Positions 37,043-48,974 of a stretch of 64,000 nt of DNA are shown here, piece after piece (the stretch's first letter is position 1; every line of letters starts with the position of its first letter). Origin of the DNA: Cystobasidiomycetes sp. EMM_F5 (lineage: Eukaryota). Made by a program: the position numbers and the translations under genes. Below the pieces are notes generated by a model that saw only the letters and a list, made by a program, of their open reading frames with translations, was not told the DNA's origin and did not search any database. Where the stretch lies: positions 248,001 to 312,000 of the forward strand of contig JBPGPT010000015.1 in NCBI GenBank assembly GCA_051047955.1, written 5' to 3'.

Positions 37043-39092
37043 TTACTCCATGCCCAGCCAACTTTTGACAAACTCAATTTCCCGCTGATGTATCTTTGCA
37101 ATCTCTGCAGGCTCTTTCTGTGAATCTATAGCATGCGCAGTCTGACTCCTTGTTCGCAGGCCGTTCTCATCCCAGTGATGAACTCCTCCTCTGATCAACT
37201 CGAACGGGCGTAGAAGCGTGCTTTCCCTCTGCTGGACATCCGGCGAATGTGGCGTAGCGTACAGCCATGGATCGGCTGATCCATCGATGAAGGCCTAGAA
37301 GTTTGCCCATTCGTCAGTAGAATATAGAGACGCTTAATCAGATGTCCCCACTATCCGGTCATTGGCCAATTGAAAACCACCATACTGGTTGATTGATGTG
37401 GTGTTTGGTGATGACGGGACGCCTACGCGAGGACAACGGTCAGCCCGTCCGTTAATGGACAAGTCATTACTACCCGTTGCTTACTCGCATATTTGCCAGC
37501 AGGAAAAGCTAGCCGGCATATCTGACTCGTATAATTGAGTGTAATGGACCTGCTGATTAGACTCGGGACATGTGCTGGCGGAGCGCTCTGCAGGAAACCC
37601 CATTCTAAGCCAGCCGGATAATCATATCTCAATGACTCGCGTTTGTATAGGTGGTGCAAACACGCACCGCTACAGTATTGCCATGTCCAGCTTCGCCATG
37701 TTTCGTTTAAGCTATGCTTTTGATATGCCGCAGCATCGAATGTACTGAAGCATTCCTCCAGCGTCTGCGGTGCTTTGCAGAAGCTCACGACATTGTCCCG
37801 GATGTATGAAGCATAGTTCGAAAGGTAGGATATAGCAGAAGCTAAGTGACCCCGATCAGATGCCAATGTATGCTGAAATACCTCTCTTTCTGCAAGACTG
37901 TCTATACCGCCAAGAAGATCCTGGCAAAAGTCATCGAAACCTGTTGAGCTGACTGCTGGATCCCAGTTTGTAGCTTGCCAGGCTCCTAGAGGATATGTCA
38001 ACAAGCTTGCAAAGTCCTCGTCATGACTGAGCTCCTCGACGCCGAAAAGGCGCTTCAACTTCCGTATCAGATCTCTCTGGCCAGTCTGCAGAACTGCGTC
38101 AACGAGGCTGTAGGGCATTGTCAGTATAACAGGAGAGGATTCGTAAGAAACAGCGTACGCGACGGCTTCAATCACAGCACCAACGCATGCCTGATTGGCA
38201 TGAAGGCGGATACCTTCGAAGTATTTCCAGTAGTCTTCGATGGCCTCTGTGACTGCCGATGAGGCGATTGCGCCAAAGACCACATCCGGATAGATATGAC
38301 GCAGCAGAGCAACCTTTGCACCTGCGTAGCTGTGCAATTGCACGACGTGCATCAGTTTTCGCGAAAATAAATGCAGGAAGTGATACTGACCTCCCACCGT
38401 AATGTATCCATTTAGCCGAAACTAGCGCTTCTTGGGCTTCTGATGATGTATTCGGAAACTGTGCATGCTTGGTGAAGTATGCGTTATCAGCAATAGCTTG
38501 AGCTGCCGTCAAGAAACGCAGATTGTCCGTTGACAAGTCAGGAACCGGCCAAGATTCGCCATAGTATCGATGTTCAAGGACGACAGAAAGGCCTCCTGTT
38601 GCTTCACTAGTGTTTCAATTGCTGCGTTAGTTTGCGTACGGCCAGTGGCAAACGCCCACTCACCTAAGAATCTTGAGGATACCGTGATCTAGGAAGGGAA
38701 GACGGTCTTGGCCCGACGTCTCACCACCATCTAGACAGAATACGGGTCCGCCTGGCTTGTAGAATCTGGCATCGTACCAGTACCTAAGCGGAAATGTCGC
38801 GTTATTCGTAGGATCAAAATGGTCAATGGGTACATCAAGCCATTGCGGTGTATAAATTGCGTGTGTTTTGCGGCTACGTGAAAACAGATTGCCCTTAGCG
38901 AAGTCCAAGGGTTCCTTTACAGACCGCTGTGCACCTGCTGGATGATATGACGCGATCCTGCTCTGAGAGATACCGCCATAGCCCTAGCGGCAATGCAGGG
39001 TGGTTGCGCAACAATGAGTTTGATTGTGTGGACGCTACAGCAGTACTTTGCAGTAGAAACAAGAAGAGAGATGAAAGCAACGCGATGAACAT
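37043..39092 (-). CDS. Secreted serine carboxypeptidase, peptidase family S28
   Basis: Signal peptide MFIALLSSLFLFLLQSTAVA. Motifs PIDHF, GGPVFCLDGGE, LEHRYYGESWP, GG|SYAG nucleophile motif, WRSWTWQYC, DGSADPW and GGVHHWD. Confidence 0.9.
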
Positions 39093-39171
39093 TGGAAGAG
39101 CAGAATGACCGGCATGGGGTATCGGCGGTTGGTAGGTATCTAACATCTTATCACGTGTCTAGAGGCGCCTA

Positions 39172-40259
39172 CTATGGCGAAGGTACAACGAAAGTTCCCT
39201 CTCCGACCTTTAGAACATCCCCGCCTACCGTAACATGCGTAGCATCCCCCGCCTCGTCTACTTCGACAGACCCATAGAGCGAAGATGGTGCACCGACCTG
39301 GGCTCCTTGCGCAATTGCGTATTTGTTGGTTGCGGGAAGGAGACGCTCGGCAGCCAACACCAATCCCAGTCTGCGTATCTTATCATAGTCAGCATTGAAT
39401 TCAAGTGAGCAGATTGTGCTGCACTAACGCTAAAGCTGCAGAGCCAGTAGCCGGATCTTCCGTCATGACTCCGTTTGCATTGAAGAATATACGTGCCTCA
39501 ATACGCAACTCGTCTGAAGATGAGTCCACTATACTGAATGCAGCACAGGAAGCCGGTAGCGTGTCCTGCCCAAATTGAGAGGGTAAATGCGCTTGGACTT
39601 CCTCGCTCAACGCGCAAATGGGTCCGTAGGTTGCGTTTGCTTGTCGGAGGGTGTTTACGTCCTTGAATTGTACAAACGTCCACGGTAGACCACAGCTCGA
39701 TCTTCGGACGAAACCAACTTGCGATTCTTGATCCTTGCTCAAACCCAATGCACTCGAGATTTTGTCAAGACCGACTTTCAGGCGGTCGGTCAGAAAGTGT
39801 GGCTTTGCGCGCATGTAGATGCGGGCAGATTCATAGGGAGACTGTGCAAGAGTACGAAAAGACACTTCGGTAGTGCCAGAAGCTGATTGTTGAATCAAGT
39901 CCTGCTTGCAGCCCGATAGATTCTTATGGAGCAAGGTGAAAGCAGTGCCTAGAGTCGGATGTCCGGCGAATGGTACCTCTCTCATTGGAGTGAAGATCCG
40001 AACATGGTATGACGATGATTCCACAGATGCTTTAGCTGGGAAGGTAGTTTCGCTCAGATTAAGTTCTGTGGACAGCAAGGTCAGTCGGAAAGAGAGCTTG
40101 AAAAGCTGGGGGATATTATTTACGGCGAGCCAATGTCTGGCATTGTGATTGTGAGAGTTCAGTGTCGGTCTCAAAGACAGCTAGAGGATTTCCACTGTAG
40201 GTATTTCCATTGTGAATGAAGACATTGACGATATCGTATTTGACGAGCTTAGCCGACAT
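39172..40259 (-). CDS. PhzF/diaminopimelate-epimerase-like family protein
   Basis: VNVF...GNPLAV, LNLSETTF, RIFTPMREVPFAGHPTLG, EDPATGSA and IAQG...VGG; contains introns. Confidence 0.9.
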
Positions 40260-40399
40260 GCTATAAACGAAAGAGTAGGAGGGCAGACGCAGTAAAGCTG
40301 AAGTGAAGCCAAGTGAAGTCAAGTAAAAGTCTCGGACGGCATGTTTCTTTCTGACTCGATGGCCGACCAGACTGCCGAGGCCGGAACTGCGCTTGAACC

Positions 40400-41191
40400 A
40401 TGCAGCCAGATGTAGATGCTCTCAACAATCTAGCATTCGCGTCAAAGTTGTCCGCATACGTCCAGTCTCGTCCAGGCTTATCATCTCTCGCTCCCTTTCA
40501 CGTCGACCGCTTCAGAGATCTGGCGGGCAAAGCTGGTGTACGAGTTGCAGTTGGGTTCGGCGATGCAGCTCCGCCTACGTGTCCAGCCTGCGCTGCAGTC
40601 TGCGGAGCAGGTTGGAACGCTGCTTCCACATTGGAACGCCCAAGGCTGGGTAAACGCAAACGAAGAAACGACAATGCTCGAAAGGCAGCTGTTTCAACCG
40701 GTAGACTAAGAACTACATGCGAGTGCGGCTACGCAATGGCTGGCGGATCTCCAGATCAAGGGGCGCTGAAGCGTTTCAAACGACGCAAAAAGTCTCAATT
40801 TCACGATGGCTCACTTTGCTATTCAGCCGGCCCTTCACCTCCCGTCACAGAGCCGCTGTCTCTCGAACACCCTAAGAAGGACTTGTTACCCGAGGCAGAG
40901 TTTGCTGTGCCGTCAATCTTGCAGCCGTCATCTTCGCCTCCGCTGTCCACATCTTTCAAAGCAGTCGCATCTTTCAAAGCAGTCGTCGAGAAGCCAGCGC
41001 CGCGCGTGCAGACGGCAATCGCACGGCCGACACTTTCCAGTATCGATCCTTCTTCTCTGCCTGCAAAGAAAAAACGCGGCAAGAAGGAAAGCCTTCAAGC
41101 AATGCTGGCAGCTCGCAAACAGGCTGACGAACAACACAAACATTCATCTTCTGGCTCGTTCGGTCTTAGCAGTTTCTTACAGTCGCTTTGA
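40400..41191 (+). CDS. Probable RNase P/MRP Rpr2/Rpp21/Snm1-type zinc-binding subunit
   Basis: Single 263-aa ORF with CPAC...CECG zinc ligands, a basic NLS-like segment and C-terminal KKKRGKKESLQAMLA...FGLSSFLQSL, as seen in basidiomycete members. Confidence 0.6.
   Translation: MQPDVDALNNLAFASKLSAYVQSRPGLSSLAPFHVDRFRDLAGKAGVRVAVGFGDAAPPTCPACAAVCGAGWNAASTLERPRLGKRKRRNDNARKAAVSTGRLRTTCECGYAMAGGSPDQGALKRFKRRKKSQFHDGSLCYSAGPSPPVTEPLSLEHPKKDLLPEAEFAVPSILQPSSSPPLSTSFKAVASFKAVVEKPAPRVQTAIARPTLSSIDPSSLPAKKKRGKKESLQAMLAARKQADEQHKHSSSGSFGLSSFLQSL
40950..40985 (+). repeat. 18-bp tandem duplication (catctttcaaagcagtcg)2 encoding SFKAVA/SFKAVV
   Basis: Directly visible and in frame. Confidence 0.85.
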
Positions 41192-41372
41192 ATCGTTGTA
41201 GACTGGCAGTCTGCGTGAACCTAGGTCAAAATTACGGGTCTCGTTCAAATCTATGTCGTGAAGTACAATTGGAGGATACAGAATCATCAAACTTATGTTG
41301 TCAACATAATGCGGACTATGAACGTGAAATGAGTCGTGATAGGTGTGTCGATGTGTCGACTGGCTCTTGAAA

Positions 41373-43103
41373 TTATTGCCCAGTATAGTAGCTGACGGTA
41401 CTCAATCTCCTGAATGTTGCGGGGTTGAATCGTCGCTCCTTGTTTTCTCGCCAGCCAGGCTTTTTCGTAACGAGATTACATGAGATGCATTGTGTGATAG
41501 CCAGAACGAGGAGGAAAAGCCATGCTGCTCGTCCGCCTAAGAGCTGATGCTCTTGTGAATATGCGAACATGTTGCTGCCTGCCGCAAGACCACAACCGGC
41601 TGCAAGATTTGCGAGCAGCTCGGCTATCGCGTTGATTTTGGCAATATGTTGTTGACTCGATGCGCGAGAGGCTATCAGCTGATCGGCCGCGATGAAGGCA
41701 GGATTGACTGCGACATTGATTATACTGTAGAATGACGAGTCAGACTCGCTCTACGTGTTTCATACCGCAACTCACATTGTCACAATAAGCCCGCCTAGCA
41801 GATAGGTCTGAGATATCTGGGTCTTCGCCAGATAAGATAGGGCAAAGAATATGCCGTACGACATGACGTAGCCGAAGCTGCAGCCGCGTAAAATAGCTTC
41901 AGGGCCAAATTTGCGGGCGAGGATGGGGTATACGAGAACTTCGTAGACTACAAGAAGCAGAGGTCGAAGCATGAAGAAAAAGGACATTTCGCGCGGCGTC
42001 AGACCCAGACCGCCCAATGCCCGCGGAGAATAGAAGAAGAGGACTTGGATAGAATTGAAGGCGCAGATGAGGAACTGTTCGGATAGATACGGATTTAGCA
42101 TTGTCTGGGTATTGCCCGGAGAGCACAAATTGCGCTGATAGGCTTACAATCATCTGAACGAATACAAACAGAATGTAGATTGTAGCTCTGGTGAATAGGT
42201 TGGTCGGTGGTCGCTTTGTTTGCACTGTATGCTTGGTACGGGCGAAGAGGTGTCGGATGGCTTTCCGCTTGTCTCGCGGAAGGGTCTCTCGGGCGAGGAA
42301 GATACCGGCGATGGCTGACAGAAACGGCACACATGCAGTGACGACACTTGGTAGTGCGAAAGGGTAAGTCTCGAAGATGGTGCCCTTGAACACGCTCGGC
42401 AGCAATTCAGCAGGTTTTGATAGCAGACCTCCAAGCAGAGGTGCAATCATGGAGCCTCCTTGCCATCCCAGACTCATGACGGCAAAGAAGATTGGTGCAG
42501 ATTGCTCAGAAGACAACTCTACGGCAAACGTCTTGACATTTCTGTATCACAAATTAGCTTTTATGACAATCGTAATTGCGTAAAGGAACCCACGCAGGGA
42601 TGACCGAGCAGCAGAAGCCGACCAGCATACGGGCAACGACTAGCTGAGCGTAAGAGTTGGAGAATGCAAAGAAGGTTTGCGCGGCGGTTGCACATAGAAG
42701 TGCAGCGATAATGACGGGTTTTCGCCCAAAAGCATCGCTGAGCCAAGCTCCAGGGAAGATACCAATGCATATCGCTATACTTGTGATGCTCTGTATGGCT
42801 CCAGAGCGATATCCAACGGTAGCAGGAGTGGCAACCTTCAGCTGTTCGACGAGCAACGCCGGCAGGAATGGCAACACTACTTCAGAAAGCAATGGCTGTT
42901 GCAAGCAGAATTCAAAAGATTAGCAAACTACGATCGCAGGATGCACTATTACGCACATTGGTAGCCCTCCATAAGCAGATGAGGACGAGCTGGACTATCG
43001 GCAGCGGAGCATCTTTGCTGGTGCTCGTGTCGGAGACCACAGAGTCTCGACGAGCAATCAGCGGACGCCGCTCCTGCTCCCGCTCATTTGGAACGGTCAG
43101 CAT
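41373..43103 (-). CDS. MFS transporter (drug:H+ antiporter-like / ZIFL-like)
   Basis: MFS motif A GAWLSDAFGRKPVI, ARMLVG, GSMIAPLLGGLLS and FETYPFALP; multiple hydrophobic exons. Confidence 0.88.
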
Positions 43104-43800
43104 TGTGGAGCGCGCTGCGGTCTCAGAATTTGCAATGCAGAAGTCAGAATCGAAACCCCATCAACAAAAAGTAGCCGCCACAATTATATGAAGACCTTAT
43201 CATCTAGCTATTCGGATACATGGCTGCTTTGTTGTACCGAGGCTTGGACACATTACATACAATGCTAATCTGTCCCACACCTAGCGCCGTCTGTTCCAGA
43301 TTTTTCAGGGATCATTTTACCAGACTCTGACAATGACGTCTGCCGCCTCGACACCTCTAACGACCGTCGCTGCCCACATGCATGATCCATGTTGCATCTT
43401 GCGAGTCTGTCTGACGAGGGTGCTGCGATATGCTCATTAGACCAAACCGCCTCTAGTACCATCCAGCGCGATATGCTTCTGGAGTAAGTTGTGAACCAGC
43501 GGACGATGCGTGATGATGTTAGATATGTCCCAGTTGATAGTGAAATATAGAGGAAAAGACACGCCTATACGAGATGATGGTCGAGGGGCGTTTGGAGTAA
43601 TGGCATTACTGGCCGTTTTGCGCACCGTGTTGCCGCGACTCAAGCTTAGACGTTATATCGCGCATTGTTCTGTTGGAAGTTTCGAAATACCAGTATCATG
43701 TCTTGACGAGACGCTGACTCCCTCTTCGACATCACAGCTTGCTCCGACATGAGTTACGGCGGGATGATACCTGACTATGTAGGTATGCGCCTTAGCACAA

Positions 43801-45433
43801 TTAGCGGTATACTATTGCAATGAGGACTGTTGCAACGCCCAGAATGGTAGAAAACATTGCAAAGACGCCTTGTGCCCCGAGCCAATCCTGGAGTGGCATG
43901 AAGCTGACTCCAACGAGACCGTTAATGATCCAATTGACTGACAAGCCGAGCGACCCCATCGCTGCCGTGCTCTGCGATGGCACGACTTCACCTATCAGGA
44001 GGAACGGAATGGGTCCGAGGCCGATTGAAAAGGCGGAGACGAAACCGATGATCGATGCGCTTGCGAGAATAGGCGAGGATGCGATTGTAAGCGAGAGGAG
44101 CAGAGAGGAGCAGCACATGAGCGCTGTTGACAAGAGCAGCAGTGGTCGTCGGCCGACTCGCTATCATGTAAATACCATGATCAGCGATTGTGAGCGGTCG
44201 GAATGGTACATTCTCTTACATCTGTCAGGTATAGAGGTGGGAACGTCATAATGAGATTCACCGCCGTTATCAGCAGGGCAATGTACCCTGCAAATGCGGG
44301 AATAACGTTTCTTAGGATGTCGGTACTGAAATACAGCACTGCATTGACGCCACTGGCTTGCTGCGTAATCTGCGTAAGGAGCACGATGCGGAGACCTTTG
44401 CGTGTGATAGGTGATGTGAGAACGCCCAGCATGCTGGTAGGCGGAGGCTTGCTGACGGACGGACTCTGCTGGCTGGTATCCGAGAGAAGTCTGGCTTCTT
44501 GCGAGTCTATGCGTACAAGTCAACATGGAGCAAGGAAGTTTGCAAGTGAAGAACGGGCACATACCTCGCTCTTCGTCGAACAGTACGCCGTCTTCAGGGT
44601 GCACAGAAGTCACGCCTCTTGAGCTGAGCCACATTGGACTTTCCGCCAGGCCTGACCCAAGGATCAGTTGTGCTCCTGCGACAGTCGCGCTGATGACCAG
44701 TACGAAACGCCAAAGGCTGCGGTCCGCTAGCGAGATCGAAGCCGCCTGTCCGACGAATATACCAACGACTATGCCGAGCTGCGAAACGCATTCAGCTAGG
44801 ATATATTGGACTTATACATACAATGGTGACCTACCTGATTGAGCACACCTATACTGCCTTTTCTCTCGGCAGGCGCAATCTCAGCGAGGAATGTAGGGAC
44901 GATGACCGTTGCCATTCCGCAGCCGATGCCTATGATAAGTCTGCTTGCGAGATTAGCGTAGTGTTCAGTCCAGTAGACGCGGAGATCCTACTCACCGGCC
45001 AACAACAAGGATGAAGAAAGCCGGGGCTAGGCTCATCAGAGCTGACCCAGATCCAACGACACTCGCTGCGAGCAGTGTTGCTGTTCGTCTACCGCGCTTG
45101 TCTGCAATTGAGCCAGCGACCAGACTGCCGAAGAGGCCCCCTATCGTGTATATGGAACTGAGAAACCCAAACTGATTCGACTGTAAGAAGCGGTCACGGT
45201 GCATCATAACAGCACAAAGAACATTTTAGTATGCATCCGCTCATACTTTGAGCAAATCATCGCACCGTCATGTCGAAACATTCCGGCAACGCGGCCAGGG
45301 ACCACTGACGGTGTTGACCAGGGCACGACAATGGCGCTTGCAAGGCGTTGAGAGCAGCAATGTTGTAGCCATACTGGAAACTGAGTGCGCATATCAGGAG
45401 ACACTGGGCAGGGAGTGCAGTTTTGGTAGACAT
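43801..45433 (-). CDS. Sugar porter family MFS transporter (Vps73/YBR241C-like)
   Basis: SFQYGYNI, GSIADKRGRR, VPYILAEIAP-like segment, QQASGVNAVLYFS, SAFSIGLGPIPFL and SVNW. The start codon is uncertain (45433, 45487 or 45508). Confidence 0.88.
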
Positions 45434-45589
45434 ATTGTGCCGGACGGTCGCAGGACAATGCGCGCGTGCGGTCAGCGTCAAACTCATGGCACAACTATGG
45501 AAAAGCAATTGTCAAATGTGCTGCACGGGTATGGCATTGCATTGGATCTCTATATCATACAAAAAGTCATTCACAAGTCTCTGCTAACT

Positions 45590-48393
45590 TTAGTCATTCT
45601 GTGCATTCTGTGCACATGCAGTTGTACTCGAGCATGGTACTGCCTCAATAATGGCTTGCGGTACATCCTTCATTTTCATATCCTAAGCACGATAAATACG
45701 TCAGCTTGTTCCAGCTTGGCATTTTGACGCAAACCTACCTCAATGGTTTGTACCTCGGGAGGCGCCGCAAGGGCCTGCTCTGCGACTTCAGCAGCGGTGG
45801 CTTGATCTTCGTTAGCAGCCTTTTTCGCACGAGGCTTGCGAGGAGTTTTGGTTTTAGGCGTCTTGTTCGTCGCGACCTCATCCGCGCCGTTCTCCCCGTT
45901 CTCAGCCTTGACCTTCTTTTGGCGTGGTTTAGCTGGCGTCTTCTTTTTTGTGGGAGAGGAAGCGGAAGGCTCTGGAGGAGGCATGACCTCTGCTCCTCCC
46001 ACATCTACCAGCGCTTCATCGTGCTCCAGTACGGCATTTTCAGGATCCTCCAGACCCTCCATGTCCTCCTCGTTGCCTCCATCCTCATCGACGGCCTTCT
46101 TCTTCTTCTTGCTCGACTTGCGGCCATTCGTACGAAGCGACTCGACTTCGGCTGGCGGACGAAGACTCTCGTGGATCGTCGGCTGAAGATCGTAGATACG
46201 ATGAAGTTCGAAAACAGCTTGCTCCTTGTCCTTTGCCTCAATCATCAAGTCTGTAAGCATGCATGCATCAGTACTTGTTACATAGTACGGGAGCACCAAT
46301 CAGGCTTGCCAATGTCCGAAGGCAGCGGGGTAGGCAGTTTCTTGCAACGATCAGAGTGCGCTCTCCGCTCCATGATTGTGACCGCACCGTTTCGGGGTTC
46401 GCTTAAATGAAACTTGGGACGAATGTTTCTGCCAAAGGAAATGTGAGCTGGCGGCATACAACCATTACATATGCTCAAACCCACTTGCGCTCCCAGGTAG
46501 CCAAGATACGAGGCATCAATTCTTCTAAAGATTGTTCGGCAGTAGGGTAGATGCTATGATGGTGGTAGTCTGTGATGCACTCGCATCAGCATTCGCCATT
46601 ACAATCGTACCGGCTCACTTACCGAGTACGAGCGGGATGTTCAGCTCTTCGCAGATAGGAAGCAAATCATCCACGTTGTAGCAGATCTCATCATTCTCAA
46701 GCACAAGGCGGCCTTTGACATTATCAGGCAGAAGAGTCTTGTAATTTTCCCGGAATCGTTCCAGGGCAGCTGGCTTGTCGCCAAAGACACCTCCGCCGTG
46801 AATAATCATGACGCTCTCGTTGCCCATGCCCATTCTGTCAAACATCTCGCAGTGGTAGGCCAGGTCCTTGACTGCGTTCTCCACGACTACTTTGCGTGGA
46901 CTGCCAAGTTGCGTAAACTGTGCCGAGCGAGACGCAATGTCAGCGGTTACGGCTATAACAACAAGCTTAATTGTACGACAAGACACACCTGACCAGGATG
47001 GCTAGTCAAGCGATGCCCATAACGTCTTGCGAGCTCCCCTACTGCCTTCAGCTCAGCATCAGCATACTCGAGCGAGTATCCATAGTCGTTATGTGCCGCA
47101 AACGGGAACATTTCCGACGAAATGCGCATAAAACGAATGTTCTGAAGACGTAGCGCGTCGGAAACATCGAAATTGTCAGAGTAAGCGGATCTCGCATCAA
47201 ATGTACATTAGACAAACATTGTCTTCATTCCACTGAATCAATTGAAGAAGGTCAATACAGTTCTGTCTCGCAAGTTCTTTGAGGAAATCCATTCCGTTCT
47301 TGTTGATAGTGTCGATTCTGTCGTGGAAGGTCGGTGTATTTATCAGCGAGGCTACCTTTTCCCGCACAGCTTCTGCATACCTGCAAGTCCTGCTACAGAA
47401 TACTGGAGGTTTCTTCTTTCTCAAAACGGTGTTCAGGCACGCGTAACCTAAACGTCCTTTGAAACCAGGGTTGGGCATCTTCTCGACATCTGGAATGACG
47501 TAAACGGGCTCAGGCTTAGGCGCTCTCGGTTTTCGCGGAGTCTTCGGTTTTGTCGAAGCCTTTCTCTTCTTCTTCTTTGGCTTGCCGTTCTCGTCCAATT
47601 CGTCATGCAAGTCTTCTACATTTGTCAGAGCTGAACTGTCCGAAGCATGACCTCCATCTTCGCCGTTGGTACTTTGTGCAACGGCCTTCTTGGGCTTGTG
47701 AGGCGTTGCCGCCTTGCGCTTCTGTGGCGCTTTGCTATCTTCACCATTCGCTTGTGAGGAACTCCCTGGTTCAATCTCCTCGTCTTCCGACTTGACGACC
47801 CCTCTCTTTCGCTTGGTGGAGGATATTACACGCTTCCTCTTTGATGGGGAGACGGTCATTTCTTCCTCGTCTGTCGCAGTTGCCGTCCCATCCTTGATGG
47901 CTGGGTTGTAGGCGTCCTCGTCCAAAGGGTTTTCATCTGTCTCTCCAAGAGTATACGATTCTGCCGTATCGTCATTTGTCAATTCAGCATCTGATGATTG
48001 TGGCGGCGACAAGTCTGCATCATCTTCATCTGCTTCTGCTTTGATATTTGCAGCACCTTCGACTGCCGAGCGGGAGATTGCCGAAGAAGCTGCGGCTGCC
48101 GCACTCCGTTTCGACCTTGTAGGCGAGGATGTGGACGCAGAAGTGGGTGCAGAGCCGTCGGGGAAAGGAGCGGGAAAAGGTATCTGTAGCGATTGAGCAG
48201 CCAACGAGTAGTGATCTTCAGCCTTGACCGAGGTTCCTACATCTCCGGTCGACGTGGATGTAGATGCCATTCTATTGCAGCCTTCTCGGTATATCGTACG
48301 GAATTGGATCTGCCCTCTGCCTGCAGCTGTTTTGCCCCTGACCCACTGTCGAGGCCCAGCAGTAACGGCAGTACGGCGACAAAAAGACAGCAA
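45590..48393 (-). CDS. UVE1: UV-damage endonuclease (UvdE/UvsE family)
   Basis: GRLGYACLNTVLR, FCSRTCR, RISSEMFPFAAH, HRLTSHPG, IIHGGG, RLVLENDE, DYHHH, HLSE, RAHSD and LMIEAKDKEQA, with long acidic/basic tails. Confidence 0.95.
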
Positions 48394-48974
48394 CAGAGTG
48401 ATGAAGAAGAGTGCGGTATGGAAAGAATGTCAGGAAATGATGAGTGTAATGCAGAAATCCAGAGAAATTTGGCAAAGTGACGTCGCCGACATCGAAGTCC
48501 ACAAATTTGCCACCAGTATAGAGTAGCAAAATCAACGCGTCTCGAAGGCTTTTGAATGCAACACAAGTTGAAGTTTACAATGACTGCAGCACAGTATATG
48601 CAGATTGGTGTAAGACGCTTCGTTATTACGCCATGAGTCTAATAGCTTGCCCGTTTGTATGCCTCGCATTCATACGACTCCCCAAAACGGGCCAGAGTGG
48701 ACTCGTAAGTTTGCCTGGCGAGACTGCTTGAGTTCAGCGCGATACAGCGGGTACACGATGTACGCGGAGTCATGGCGGCCACACAACGGACAAGACTGTG
48801 ACGTTTCGAAGTAGAAGACCCGCACAGCCTGCGCAGAGTACGCAGCCTGTCGTGTAAGGTTGTCCTCAAAGTCTCACTGTCTCCAGACCACGCGCAAACA
48901 TCCAAAACCCTCAAATATCCGACATTTACGAAAGACATCAACACACAAGACTGAAGATACTGTAGACCTTCACG

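Noticed and set aside
39172..43103. PhzF gene near an MFS transporter as a phenazine or secondary-metabolite cluster, or a recent bacterial transfer
   Set aside because: No other phz or backbone biosynthetic genes are present, the gene has spliceosomal introns, and PhzF-like genes are widespread in fungi.
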